From: Octopus sinensis | Taxonomy: Eukaryota | DNA length: 64,000 bases | Assembly: GCF_006345805.1 (NCBI RefSeq) | Contig: NC_043019.1 | Location: 32,115,360 to 32,179,359, forward strand | Direction of reading: 5' to 3' | Part shown: positions 1 to 13,339 of the stretch, piece after piece | How positions within the stretch are numbered: the first letter of the stretch is position 1 | Layout of the letters: each line of letters starts with the position of its first letter | Program-made: the position numbers and the translations under genes | Notes under the pieces: generated by a model | Seen by the model: only the letters and a program-made list of their open reading frames with translations | Database searches by the model: none | Told to the model about the DNA's origin: nothing

Positions 1-142
1 TATATGTATATATTATATATATCTATATATAATATATATATGTAGATATGTAGTATATATATATCTATACACATCATACATGTATGTATGTATATATATA
101 TATATATATATATGTATGGATGTATATATATATATATATATC

Positions 143-179
<37 letters not shown>

Positions 180-279
180 ATATATATATATACACATACA
201 TACATGTATGTATGTATATATATATAATATATATATATATATATAGACACACATTAATACATGTATGTATGTATATATG

Positions 280-314
<35 letters not shown>

Positions 315-403
315 ATACTTAATACATGTATGTATGTATATATATATATTATATATATATATTATGTAATATATATATATATATACACTTACATACATGA
401 TTG

Positions 404-453
<50 letters not shown>

Positions 454-480
454 CACATACATACATGTATGTATGTTATG

Positions 481-516
<36 letters not shown>

Positions 517-520
517 TTTT
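1..520. repeat. (TA)n/(TATG)n compound microsatellite
   Basis: Directly visible dinucleotide and tetranucleotide repeats. ORFs here are YIYI artefacts. Confidence 0.95.
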
Positions 521-762
521 TTGTTTATACATAATGTATGTATTTGTGTCTGGTTTGTCCCCCAACCATTGCTTGACAACCGAAGTCAGTGTGTTTATAT
601 CCCATAACTTAGCGGTTCAGCAAAGGAGACTGATAGAATAAGTACTTAGATTACAAAGAATAAGTTCTGGGGTCGATTTGCTCGACTAAAAGTGGTACTC
701 CAGCATTGCCACTATCAAACGACTGAAACAAGTAAAAGAATAAAAGAAATGAACATAATATA

Positions 763-793
<31 letters not shown>

Positions 794-799
794 GTATAG

Positions 800-1076
800 A
801 ATTTAATATAAAATATAAATTACAAAGTGGGACAAGAATGTAAAAACACACAAGGACACAAAAAACCGAGGGGTCACTCGAAGCCTCTAATCTTCAGTCG
901 GAACCGGATCATCTTAGTGATTTCGGCTGTTTAATCTCGATTACCACTCCCGATCGGCCAGCCCTAGGGCCAGCCCAAGGAAAATCAAGCACAGGCATTG
1001 GATTTCTTGGAAAGAGGGTCGAATGTATACGGAACAAAGACAGGATGCCACACGAATGTAAATACAAGAAACAAAA
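800..1076 (-). mobile_element. Short dispersed repeat (Penelope-like terminal fragment), interrupted by a Helitron
   Basis: Reverse complement shares attaaacagccgaaat...gactgaaga...gcttYgaRtgaccc with 55200-55410 (+). The Penelope assignment is inference. Confidence 0.5.
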
Positions 1077-1586
1077 TCTATATATATAAAACTGTAGTTG
1101 TGTGAGTGTCTGTCCCCTTTGATTTAGATTCCTAACTACTCCCCCGTTTTGCGGTGCAGTTTAACCAAATTCGGGTATCTTATAGTCGCGATTCATACCG
1201 AGCCCGTCTGGCTATTAGCGAGCGTCTACGATGAGTCCACGATTTAAAAATAATTTAGCATCATTTTTTATTCCATTTTAATGCATAATTTTTCGTGTGT
1301 CGATGGCGGCGGAGTTGGCGTCCACGGTCACACCTGCACCTGCTTGCTTCTCCTCCTTTCACTCCCTCGTGAAGCTGTGGGGAAGGGAGTGTAAGGAAAT
1401 CAACGTCGTAAAGCGTTGTCAAGGAGACCAGCGTTCTTTTAGAACAACGACTTCATGGCTTGAAGACACCAAAACAGAAATGGCTAAGAAAGCCCGAATT
1501 GGCATCTATGAGGGAAGTAACTCTCTAAAAATACTTATATAGTTATTTCCCTTACAAACCTGAGCAACGCCGGACGATACTGCTAG
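1077..1586 (+). mobile_element. Non-autonomous Helitron
   Basis: Starts A|TCTATATATATAAAA and ends with a GC-rich subterminal hairpin (gagcaacgccgg) then CTAG|T. Inserted at an AT dinucleotide with no TSD, which are Helitron hallmarks. Confidence 0.8.
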
Positions 1587-2054
1587 TTATATATAAAACA
1601 GAAATAAAAACCGAAGATGGACGGTACAAAGGACAGGAGCGTCTTACGACTTTAGACAATTATTAACTTATCTTGGCTGGCGTATTATAACAAAGTGAGA
1701 TAGGGGTTATGAGTCTCCATTTTCTTATTCTATATATATATAATATATATATATATATACTTATTTCCTGATATGTTTGCACACATATGTCCTGATTCTC
1801 ATTACTGTTAAGATTAAGGGAAGTAGACTGACAGATTAATTGGTCTGCAGTATTAAAAGTCTTGCTCTGTTTAGTAGCATGCGTCTAGTAGGTACAGGTG
1901 TGGCTGTCTGCTAAGAAGGCTGCTTCCCAATTGCATGGTTCTGGGTTCAGTTCCACTGCGTGACACTTTGGATAAGTGTTTGCTGTTTCAGCCCAGGGTT
2001 GACCAAGTCTTTATGAGCGGATTTGGTAGACAGAAACTGATAGAAGTTTGTCAT

Positions 2055-2420
2055 ATATATATGTGTGTGTGTGTTTGTGTGTGAGAGAGGGAGAGAGATA
2101 GAGAGAGAGAAAGAGAGCATGTGCATGTGTGTGTATGTGTGAGAGAGTGTGCACGTGTGTGTGTGTATGTGAGAGAGAGAGTGTGCATGTGTGCATGTGT
2201 GTAAGAGAGAGTGAGAGTGTGCATGTGTTGTGTGTGACTGCATGTGTGTGTGTGAATGTATGTGTGTGCGTGTGTGTGTGTGTGAGAGAGTGTGCATGTA
2301 TGTGTGAGAGAGAGTGTGTGTGTGTGACCGCAGGTGTGTGTGAGTGTGTGTGTGAGAGAGTGTGTGCATGTGTGTGTGTGAGAGAGAGAGAGAGAGTGTG
2401 TTGTGTGTGTGTGTGTTACT
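2055..2420. repeat. (GT)n/(GA)n compound microsatellite
   Basis: Direct inspection. Confidence 0.9.
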
Positions 2421-5394
2421 GCCTCTTTACCTGGGCATCATGTGATAGTTGTAAGTGAGTGTCACCATCACACAGAGGCAATGTCTTTCATTTGCCAGAC
2501 TTCCATGGAAACCTGTCTGCTGACGGTGACATATTACTTTGCTTTGGAAGCGAGTGTGGGTTGCTGACAGAAAGGGCATTGCTCGTTTAGTCACAATGTC
2601 TTCTTCATTGAATCATGGCATCTCTTGCAGACCCAAGATTTCCGTGATGTCGTTGGTTATTGCAGACATTGTAGGGTAGGTGTGAGAGGCTGGACCTGGT
2701 CAGTTTCAATCTCAAAACGGGTTAAATAACGGGGCTAGGTATTCTTATATTCTTTTCCTTGTTCCTGTCATTTGATTCCAGCCATGCTGGAGCACCACCT
2801 TAAACAGTTTTTAGCTGAAGAAATCAGCCTCAGGACTTATTCCTCGAAGCCTAGTACGTACTTATTCTATCAATCTCTTTTGCCAAACTGCTAAGTTACA
2901 GGGATATAAACACATCAGCATCAGTTGTCAAGTGGTGACAGAGTGGGGGACACAGACACACATGCACATAAATATATCTCTCTTCTGCTCTCTTTTACAC
3001 TTTAACTGTTTCCTACTCTCCCTCTTTCTCACTCTTTCCCTTTGGTCACTCTCTCTCCTCTTGTTTTTCCTCTGACTAGGTAACCAAGTAACTCCTTTAC
3101 ATCAGCACACTTGTTTCTGGCCTCTTTCTTCTTCCTCACTCGTTCACTCTCTATCTCTTTCTCTCTTCCTCTCTCTCTCACTTGGCAAACATGTACTTCC
3201 TCAATAGCAAGACACCTATTTCTGCCTCTCTATTTCTCTGTTACACTCAAACCTTTCATCATCTAATACTGGATCACCTCCTCTGATGCTCCCCCCTGTT
3301 GTGGTGAGACACCTGCTTCTGTCTCTTTCTGTCTCTTTGTCACACTCTCACCTTTCACCCTCTCACACAAATCCCTGCCCCTTTCATAATTCCTTGTCTT
3401 GTGAGGTGCTTGATTACTCTACCAATCCACACTGCAAAGTGGTTGCCATCTGGAAGGGCATCCAGCTGTAAAAAACATGCCGAAACTAACTTTGCCTGTG
3501 CTAGTGCCATGTAAAAAGCACTGGGTCCACTCTGCAGACTGATTGGTGTTCGGAAGGGCGTCCAGCCATAAAATCTTCACCGAAACAGACACAGTAGCCT
3601 TGGGTAGATTTTATACCTGGCCGGCCCCTATTAACCATCCTACCCATGCATGCATGGAAGATGGATGTTAAACGATGATGATATATACATGATTGGCTTC
3701 TTTCAGTTTCCGTTTACCAAATCCACTCACAAGGCTGTGGTCAGCCCGAAGCCATAATATATGACTCTTACCTAATGTACCACGCAGTGGAACTGAACCT
3801 GGAACCATCTGGTTGGGAAGCAAATTTCTTACCACACAGTCACACCTGTGCCTATGGCAATACGGTCAGTTTAAATGCCAAAGGGTTAATCACAGCTTAT
3901 CTCATAGCTTCATCATCATCATCATCATCATTGTTCGACTGTGGTCGAGACAATGGAATTTACCATGCTACGCCAGACTTCACGGTCCATCATGGCATTA
4001 CGGAGGTCCTGTTGCTGGATGCCTGTGATTTCAATGATGCGATGATTATTTTTAGAATGACATTGTAGGGTAGGTGTGAGAGGCCAGATCTGGTCAGTCT
4101 GAACATGAAACTGGTGGAATATGTGCCAGATATTCCTGGTTTGAATACTAGAGGGTTTAGGCTACATTGGTCATGGTATACAGCATGCCACTGCTAAATG
4201 ATTTTGAACAGAGTTGGCTCTTCAGCCGGTTAGTTTGACACCATTTTTGACTCGGACATCTGGAACCGTCTTCCTAGACACTGCAGTGTACTTTTGAACC
4301 ACCACCTGTACACTGTACTCTTTGTAAATTACTCACCATAGCCATCAGGCCACAGATTAAGTGTCAGCTCAGTTAATGGGACGTAAATAACCGAGAGAAA
4401 CAAGCAACAATTGTTTGTTTGTTTATAAAATACAAAGACAGACATGCAAATATTTATCAGACAAAAAAAAAAAAACAAACAAAAAAACACAGACACAAAC
4501 AAAAATAAAAACAACACAAGAGATTTCTTCTTTTTATTTGGTTTTGTTTGTTTGTTTATTTTGTTTTTTAATCTGTTTTTCAATTGTGTGAAAGGTCAAA
4601 TTACAGGCCACACCTGTTGTCCAGTTGTAGCTACAGGTGTCTTCTCTCAGATATGAAGCTGGAACCTAAAGACACACTTTACAATTATCTTTGTTGTAGT
4701 TGTTTTTGTTTACAACCTCATCAAGCAGACCATAGATCAAAGACCATTTAGCTATGGTCATCCCAGGGTTATTTTTGCTTTTGTTTTTTGTTTTCAAATA
4801 ACCAATGATTGCATTAAGCAATCTGCCCTTCTGTTTTTAAGACGTTTGGACAACAATTCCTGTATCTATTTTGCCATAGCACTAGTGACCATCATTATTT
4901 AATGCCCACTTCTCCATACTGGCATGGGTTGAACAGAGTTTCTTTGAGACAGATTTTCTACAGCTGGATGCTCTTCCTATTTCTTTACTGCCCACAAGGG
5001 GCTACACATGGAGGGGACAAACAAGGACAGACAAACAGATTAGTCGTTTATATCGACCCCAGTGCATAAATGGTACTATTAATCGACCCTCGAAAGGATG
5101 AAAGGCAAAGTCAACCTCGCAGAATTTGAACTCAGAAAGCAGCGGTGGACGAAACCACAAAGCATTTCGCCTGGCGTGCTAACGATTCTGCCAGCGAGGA
5201 TCTTCCTGTCATCAACCCTTACCAGTTTCCAAGTAAGATAACATTTCCTTGTGGCCAGGCTTGTTTTCATTCAATATTAGAAATGAACAACACTGCTTGT
5301 AAGACAGTGACACTCATTTACAGCTATCATATGATATCAAAACAAGGAGATACACACGCATATGTGCATGTAACCACTAAATAGATATGTATAT

Positions 5395-5880
5395 ATCATC
5401 ATCATCGTTTAACATCCGCTTTCCATGCTAGCATGGGTTGGACGATTTGACTGAGGACTGGCGAACAAGATGGCTGCACCAGGCTCCAATCTTGATTTGG
5501 CAGAGTTTCTACAGCTGGATGCCCTTCCTAACGCTAACCACTTCGAGAGTGTAGTAGGTGCTTTTACGTGCCACCGGCACGAGGGCCAGTTAGGCAGTAT
5601 TTGCAATGGCCATGCTCAAAATGGTGTTTTTTAGTGCTACCTGTACAGCAGCCAGTCCAGCGGCACTGGCAATGACCTCGCTCGAATGTTTTTTCACATG
5701 CCACCGGCACGGAAGCCAGTAAGGCGGCGCTGCTAACAATCATGCTCGTATGGTGCTTTATACGTGCCACCGGCACAGAAGCCAAGTTACCCGCTCTGGC
5801 AACAATCACGCTCGGATGGTGCTCTTAGTGCTCCACTAGTACGGATGCCAGTCACCAAATTTGATTTCGATTTCACTGAT
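5395..5880 (-). mobile_element. SINE/LINE-tail family C (ggcgttaggaagggcatccagc...cccatgctagcatggaaagcggacgttaaa(tga)n)
   Basis: Same tail at 3440-3685, 8105-8240, 12378-12870, 28320-28750 and 30790-31075. Ends in (TGA)n and carries internal ~60-bp tandem repeats (gtgccaccggcac). Confidence 0.8.
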
Positions 5881-6959
5881 GCTTATTTTATCAATCTTTT
5901 TCACTAAAACACTAAGTTAAAGGGATGTAAACAAACCACTACTGGTTGCCAAGTGGTGATGGGGGATAAACACAAAGACACATACACACACACACACATG
6001 CACATATATGCTGGGCTTCCTTCAGGCTCCATATACCAGATCCATTCACATGGCTTTGGTTGGCTCAGGGCTATAGTAAAAAAAAATTTGCCCACTAAAT
6101 GGCACAAATACTTGATTAGATCTTATGTTATCACCTCCAAAAACATGAAAGGCAAAGTTAACCTCAGCAGAATTTGAACTCCAAACCTCAAAAGAATTGT
6201 CGCTAAACGTTTTACCCAGTGTCCCACCGATTCTGCCACTTGTCATAATAATAATAATAATGATAATAATCCTTTCTGCTATAAGCACAAGGCCTGAAAT
6301 TTTGGGGGAAGGGGGCTAATCAATTACATTGACCTCAGTGCATAACAGGTACTTGTTTTATTGACCCTGAAAGGATGAAAGGCAAAGTCAACCTTACTGG
6401 AATTTGAACTCAGAATGTAAAGATGGACAAAATGCTGCTACGAATTTTGCCCAGCATGCGAACGATTCTGCCAGCTCACCTATACTACTACTACTACTAC
6501 TACTACTACTTATAATAATAATGATAATGGTTTCAAATTTTTAAAAAGGGCCAGCTAATTCAGAAATGGGAGCAAGTCAGTACATCGACCCCAGTGCTCA
6601 ACTTATTTAATTCACTCCAAAAGCATGAAGGGCCAAAGTCAACCTTGGTGGAATTTGAACTCAGAATGTAAAGACAGATGAAATACTGCTAAGCATTTTG
6701 CCTGGTGTGCTAACAATTCTGCCACCTCGCCACCTTCATGATGATGAAGAGGAGGATAATCTTTTCTACTCTAAGCACAAGGTACAAAATGTGTGGGGAG
6801 GGATGTGCCAATCGATTAAATCGACCCCCATACGCAACTGGTACTTAACTTATCGATGCCAAAGGGATGAAAGGCAAAGTCGACCTCAGCAGAATTTGAA
6901 CTCAGAACATAGACAGACAAAATACCGCTAAGCAGTTCATCCGGCGTTCTAACGTTTCT

Positions 6960-7372
6960 TATGTCTTTACTGCCCACAAGAAGCTAAACATATAGGGGAC
7001 AAACAAAGACAGACAAATGGATTAAGTCGATTATATCGACTCCAGTGCATAACTGGTACTTAATTTATTGACCCCGAAAGGAGGAAAGGCAAAGTCAGCC
7101 CTGGCGGAATTTGAACTCAGAACGTAGCGGCAGACGAAATACCTATTTCTTTACTACCCACAAGGGGCTAAACACAGAGGGGACAAACAAGGACAGACAA
7201 AGGGATTAAGACGTTTATATCGACCCCAGTGCGTAAATGGTACTTATTTAATCGACCCCGAAAGTATGAAAGGCAAAGTCAACCTTGGTGGAATTTGAAC
7301 TCGGAACGTAGCAGCAGACGAAATACCGCTAAGCATTTCGCCCAATGTGCTAATGTTTCTGCCAGCCTACCA
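6960..7372 (-). mobile_element. tRNA-derived SINE family B, dimeric copy
   Basis: Head ggcggcgagctggcagaaacgttagc...gagttcaaattcc (A/B-box-like). Central gtcgactttgcctttcatcctttcggggtcgataaa..agtaccag resembles the MetaSINE domain (from recall). More than 20 copies in the window. Confidence 0.85.
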
Positions 7373-7549
7373 CCTTCATGATAATAATAATAATAATAAT
7401 GTATTAGCTCTGATATGACAGCAATAAATTCAGATCAGATACTGCCATTCAAATCATAGAAATGTGGAGAGAGAGCAGAGAAACTATTCACCGAAGTCTC
7501 AGGAGAAATATGAAACCTACTTTTTGTTTTTTTTTTGGTTTTTTGTAGC

Positions 7550-7720
7550 TGAATGTGTGTGTGTGTGTGTGTGTTTGTACATATGTAGATATATATGAAT
7601 ATATACATACATATAAATGTGTATGTGTGTTTGCACGTGTGTAGATATATCTGACTGTATGCATACATATAAATATGTGTACATGTATTGATATGTGTGG
7701 GTGTATATATATACCTAAAA

Positions 7721-7763
<43 letters not shown>

Positions 7764-8254
7764 TTACAGAATGAAAACAAATACGTTTATATTTTTGAAG
7801 ATGTATAGATATATGTGTGTGTATAACAAATGTTTGTACATGTATTTGAGTATGTATGTATGTGTAAATGTGTAGAGAAAGAAAAGTGTGTATGTATGTG
7901 AAGATATACAGATGTAAAGACGTGTGTGTGTGTGTATATTTATATTTATACATATATATATATGCATAGAAATGTATATATATGTGTATATATACGTATG
8001 TATATATATATGTATATATATATATGTATGTGTGTATATGTATATATATTTATATATATGCATATATATATGTATATATATATCTATATATGTATATATG
8101 TATAGGAAGGGCATCATGCTGTAGAAACTCCACCACATCAAGATTGGAGCCTGGTGCAGCCATCTGGTTCGCATGCCCTCAGTCAAAATCGTCCAACACA
8201 TGCTAGCATGGAAAGTGGACATTAAACAATGATGATGATGTGTATGTATATATA

Positions 8255-8286
<32 letters not shown>

Positions 8287-8715
8287 TTTCATATGTATAT
8301 ATATGTATATATTCATATGTATATATACATATACATCTGTATATATACATGTATATATATATATATATATGTGTGTGTGTATATATACATGTATATATAC
8401 ATGTGTATATATGTATATATACATGTGTATATATAGTGTGTATATATGAGTGTATATATATGTGTATGTGAGTGTATGTGTATATGTATATATATGTGTG
8501 TGTGTGAATGTATGTGTATATATGTATGCATATATATGTATGTGCATACATGTATATATGGATGTGTGCGTATGCATGTATATGTGTGTGTGTATACATG
8601 TATATATTCATATGTACATGCACACGGCCAGACATATTCACATAGAAACACACACATCTGTATCTGAATGTGCGAGTGTGTGTGTGTCTATATATGTGTG
8701 TATATATATATATGT
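7550..8715. repeat. Compound TA/TG microsatellite field
   Basis: Direct inspection. Confidence 0.9.
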
Positions 8716-9115
8716 CAATGAAGGCGTTAGTGATTGGCGGTGCAAAAGCTGTCTGGTTAATGTTCGGAACTAAACCTATATGTTCACTTATGATGGAATA
8801 TTGATCTTTCAAACAATGTGTTTTTAATGTATATTTTCTCTTACATTTATATCTTGTGTGTGTGTGTGTGGTGTGTGTAAATCATCATCATCATCATCAT
8901 CTAATGTCTGTTCTCCATGCTGGCATGGGTTGGATAGATACAGTGTCTCCAAAAATGTATATATGTATGTGTGTATATGCGTGTGTATGTGTGTGTGTAC
9001 ACGAGAATGTAGATGTGTGAGTGTATGTATATGTGTGTGAGTGTGTGACCACGTGTGTACTGTTGGCGATTGTTTTTCCTACGTCTTCCCTTCTTTGGAT
9101 CTTTCCTTTTCCTAT

Positions 9116-9150
9116 GTTTCTGATGAAGAGCTCCGCTCGAAATGTTAAAC
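9116..9150 (+). ncRNA. Minimal type I hammerhead ribozyme motif in a Penelope-like repeat
   Basis: gttt-CTGATGA-a-gagc-tcc-gctc-GAAA-tg-TT-aaac. Stem I gttt/aaac, stem II gagc/gctc. Sister copy at 58318-58352. Confidence 0.6.
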
Positions 9151-9622
9151 CCTCCTTCTTTTCTGAGCATCCAATAATACTATACTTGTTCCATGTCCTC
9201 GCGTTGTTGTGTTTTCTCTTTGTGTTTTCATGTTTGGATTAACTTTATATGTCTGTATATACACACACTAGGCTACCCATGACCCGTTGGGTCACCAGGA
9301 AGCTCTGAGTTTCTCAGCATCTCACTTTTGTTTTGTAGGTTTTTGATTTCTTTAGGTTATTTCGCATGCTTTCAATAAATATGACATTGAAATCACAGTA
9401 AATGGCTCCTTTCCCCAGACTAGGAAAGATTTGGCTGCTATTTCACACAGAGGTTACAAACGGGTCTTTTAGGAAATATTTACTGTATTTTTAAAGTCAT
9501 TTTCATTTTGAAATATTTTTCAAATAATCCAAAGAATATTAACAATTGTAGCGTGGAAGGTGTTTATAAGCCATTTAAGAAACACACAAAACTGTTAGAT
9601 TCACATCAACATTTAAATTTAA

Positions 9623-9673
9623 TCTGTCAAAATAATTTCGTCGCTTTGAGACCGCGACCTGTTCACTGACAAA
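9623..9673 (-). ncRNA. Variant type I hammerhead ribozyme motif (G3-C8 core)
   Basis: Minus strand: tttgtca-GTGAACA-g-gtcgc-ggtctcaaa-gcgac-GAAA-ttat-TT-tgacaga. Confidence 0.55.
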
Positions 9674-10269
9674 GCTTCGTGCTGCATCTGAGAAAGTAAC
9701 AGTTAGTTCATGATGTATATGTGTGTGTGTATGTATGTATGTATGTGCATATGTATATATGTGCGTATGTATGTATGTATGTGCATATGTATGTATGTGT
9801 GTACATGTATGTGCGCATGCCTATATGCGTACTTACGTATGTATGTGAGTATTTAGGAGAGTGTGTAGACGTGTCAGTTCAAGAATATTTTTGTAATGAT
9901 ATTCACTTGAAAAAGATTTTAAAAAAACATTAAAATATTGTCTGTTTAAGGAAAGCTAAAATATAAAATACTTACTGTACAAACAGCTTATATTTTTGAT
10001 ATCACATTCACTTAAAAATATTTCTAAATGATTAAGATATTATTTTACTGTAAAAAAAATTCATATTTTTTCATTGTCAAGTCACAAGGTGCCATGCAGC
10101 ATAGGCGTGGCTGTGTGGTAAGAAGCTTGCTTCCCAACCACATGGTCTTCTACTAGGATAGAAACTTGCTTCAGTCCCACTATGTTACACCTTGGGCAAG
10201 TGTCTTCTACTCTAGACTCGGGCTGACCAAGGCCTTGTGTGTGGATCTGATTGGTGGAAAGAGGTTCAT

Positions 10270-10320
<51 letters not shown>

Positions 10321-10332
10321 ATATATATATAT

Positions 10333-10480
10333 AGCCGGCTATTACCGGTAAAGGTTTTAGTTGCCAATTCTGTACAAGACATTGTAGATCTTTAGCTGGG
10401 CCAAAAAGTCACATTCGATCACAGCACCAGTAACAGTTAAGCTTCGTGCAATGGCCATACTCGATGAAGGGGTAGCCATT
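10333..10480 (+). mobile_element. 5'-truncated 3' end of an RTE-like LINE (last C2H2 finger plus 3' UTR)
   Basis: Near-identical to 13563-13712. Encodes CQFCTRHCRSLAGPKSHIRSQHQ* and is flanked by (TA)n. Confidence 0.65.
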
Positions 10481-10944
10481 ATATATATATATATATATAT
10501 ACATGTTTGTATGTCGCTTGACAGCCAATGTCGGCGTATTTACTTGCTCGTGGCATGGCAGTTCAGCAAAATAGACCAATAAAATAAGTACTAGGCTTAA
10601 AAAGAATAAGTCCTCAAGTCAATTTGTTCAACTAAAGGCGGTGCTCCAACATGGCCAGAGTCAAATGACTTAAAAACAAGTAAAGCTATAAAAACAATAC
10701 ACACGCACGCACATGCATATATAAGCCATTATAAATGAAACTTTGAAGTCCCAGTCAGTGGTAATATTGGCGATTAATGCTTTGTTTTCTTCTTTATCTT
10801 TTTCTATTTCTTCTTTTGATTATTTGACCAAGAATAACGAACCGATATGCTTACACAAGCACCCACACACACACACAAGCACACAACCACATACATGCCA
10901 ACATGCACATACACACAACCATATACTCTTTACTCTTTACTCTT

Positions 10945-11356
10945 TTACTCTTTTATTTGTTTCACTCATTTGACTGCGGCCATGCTGGAGCACCGCCTTT
11001 AGTCGAGCAAATCGACCCCGGGACTTATTCTTTGTAAGCCCAGTACTTATTCTATCGGTCTCTTTTTGCCGAACCGCTAAGTAACGGGGACGTAAACACA
11101 CCAGCATCGGTTGTCAAGCAATGCTTGGGGGACAAACACAGACACACCAAACATATACACACACACTTATATATATATATATATACATATATACGACAGG
11201 CTTCTTTCAGTTTCCGTCTACCAAATCCACTCACAAGGCATGGTCGGCCCGGGGCTATAGCAGAAGACACTCGCCCAAGATGCACGCAGTGGGACTGAAC
11301 CCGGAACCATGTGGTTGGTAAGCAAGCTATTTACCACACAGCCACTCCTGCGCCTA
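10945..11356 (-). mobile_element. tRNA-derived SINE family A, full length (~400 bp)
   Basis: Head gcaggagtggctgtgtggtaag...gggttcagtcccac, CORE-like cttgggcRagtg, internal (TA)/(TG) tract, tail ...gactgaaacaagtaaaagag. More than 25 copies in the window. Confidence 0.9.
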
Positions 11357-11644
11357 TATATATATATATATATACACACATGTGTATTATGATAGACAAT
11401 AAGATGGTGAGATAGAGTGCAAGAGATACTGTAGAAAGCAGAGCCAGGAAAAGGCGAGAAAGTCGAGGGTGGTGGGGAGCGTTGAGGATTTACGACCATC
11501 ACATTGTGGGATCTCTGTATACTGTCTCTTAAATTAAGGCTTGGGTGGGTGGGGGAGTGGGTAAAAAAAAGTCACTAGTTAGCATTGTTGTGTCTTTGGT
11601 TGAACAACTGATTTAGTGATGTAAGGTTACTACAGAGTTACTTC

Positions 11645-11676
11645 TCATATGTGTGTGTGTGTGTATGTATATATAT

Positions 11677-11730
<54 letters not shown>

Positions 11731-11760
11731 ATATATGTAATATACATGTATGTATATATG

Positions 11761-11791
<31 letters not shown>

Positions 11792-12380
11792 CATGTATGT
11801 ATATATGTATGCATGTGTGTATCTATATATATGCATCTATGCATGTATGGTATATATATATGTATATATATAATGTATGTGTTTATATATATATATGTAT
11901 ATATATCTATGTATATATATATGTATGTGTATATATATATATGTGTATATATATATGTATGTGTATATATATGTATGTGTATATATATATATGTGTATAT
12001 ATATATATGTTTATACTAAGCAATAAAGGGTTTAGCAACGAATTGCCTTACCACATACCGAATTTAGAAATAGCAGTCAAAGAGTTATAGCTATTTCTTC
12101 TACTAAAAAGGGAGATCTCAGTAAAAACAGCAATTGGAAGGCAGACACAAACAGGTAAGAGAGAATGAATTGACGGCAATCTATCATACAATTTTAAGTT
12201 ATCTACGGACGTAGATATGTTTATATATATATGTTTATATATATATATGTATATATATATATATGTTTATATATGTATGTGCATATATATATATGTATAT
12301 ATATATTTATATATGTATATATATATATATGTTTATTTATATATATATGCATATATATGTGTGTGTGTATATATATATCA
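11645..12380. repeat. TA-rich microsatellite field containing a ~120-bp dispersed repeat (12012-12135)
   Basis: 12012-12135 recurs at 56503-56622. Confidence 0.85.
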
Positions 12381-13138
12381 TCATCATCATCATCATTTAA
12401 CGTCCGCTTTCCATGCTAGCATGGGTTGGACGGTTCAACTGGGGTCTGGGGAGCCCGAAGGCTGCACCAGGCCAGTCAGATCTGGCAGTGTTTCTACAGC
12501 TGGATGCCCTTCCTAACGCCAACCACTCCGAGAGTGTAGTGGGTGATTTTATGTGCCACCGACACAGGTGCCAGACGAGGCTGGCGAACGGCCACGCTCA
12601 GATGGTGTTTTTATGTGCCACCGACACAGGTGCCAGACGAGGCTGGCGAACGGCCACGCTCGGATGGTGTTTTTATGTGCCACCGACACAGGTGCCAGAC
12701 GAGGCTGACGAACGGCACGATCGGATGGTGTTTCTTACATGCCCACAGCACGGAGGCCAGTCGATGCGGTACTGGCTACGGCCACGTTCGGATGGTTTTT
12801 TGTGTGCCACCGGCACTGGTACCACAAAGATACAAATTCCATTGATGTTTATCTATTTTGATTTGATTTGATTTGATTGATTTCACTTGCCTCAACAGGT
12901 CTTCACAAGTGTCACAAGAAGGAAGGAAGGTATGCACAGGTGAACTGACAACGTCCCAGGTAGGGGCCACGGGTTATGGCCTGACTAGTCTTGCCGGGTC
13001 TTCGGGTGATGTTTTTATGTGTCTCCGACACAGGTGCCAGATGGATGGTGTTTGTTACGTGCCCACAGCACGGAGGCCAGTCGATGCGGTACTGGCTACG
13101 GCCACGTTCGGATGGTTTTCTTGTGTGCCACCGGCACT
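12378..13138 (-). mobile_element. Family C element with internal ~61-bp tandem repeats
   Basis: ttttatgtgccaccgacacaggtgccagacgaggctggcgaacggccacgctcggatggtg repeated about 3 times, plus a partial re-duplication at 13008-13138. Confidence 0.8.
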
Positions 13139-13339
13139 AAATATATATGTGTATATTTATGTATGTGTATATATATACATAGGGAGAATTCACAAAAAAA
13201 CAAAATACGAAATCAGGCAGTGTAGACAACAAACAGATGTCTTAATTTAATGCTCGGGAAGCGAAGAAGTCTTTCCACAGAAAGGAACACAGAAAGAAAC
13301 AAGGAGAGAAAATAAAGAATGCGTAGTGGCTAGCGATCT

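Noticed and set aside
12545-12800. CRISPR-like periodic repeats (also 31655-32005)
   Set aside because: Units repeat in full with no unique spacers, the context is eukaryotic, and there are no cas genes.
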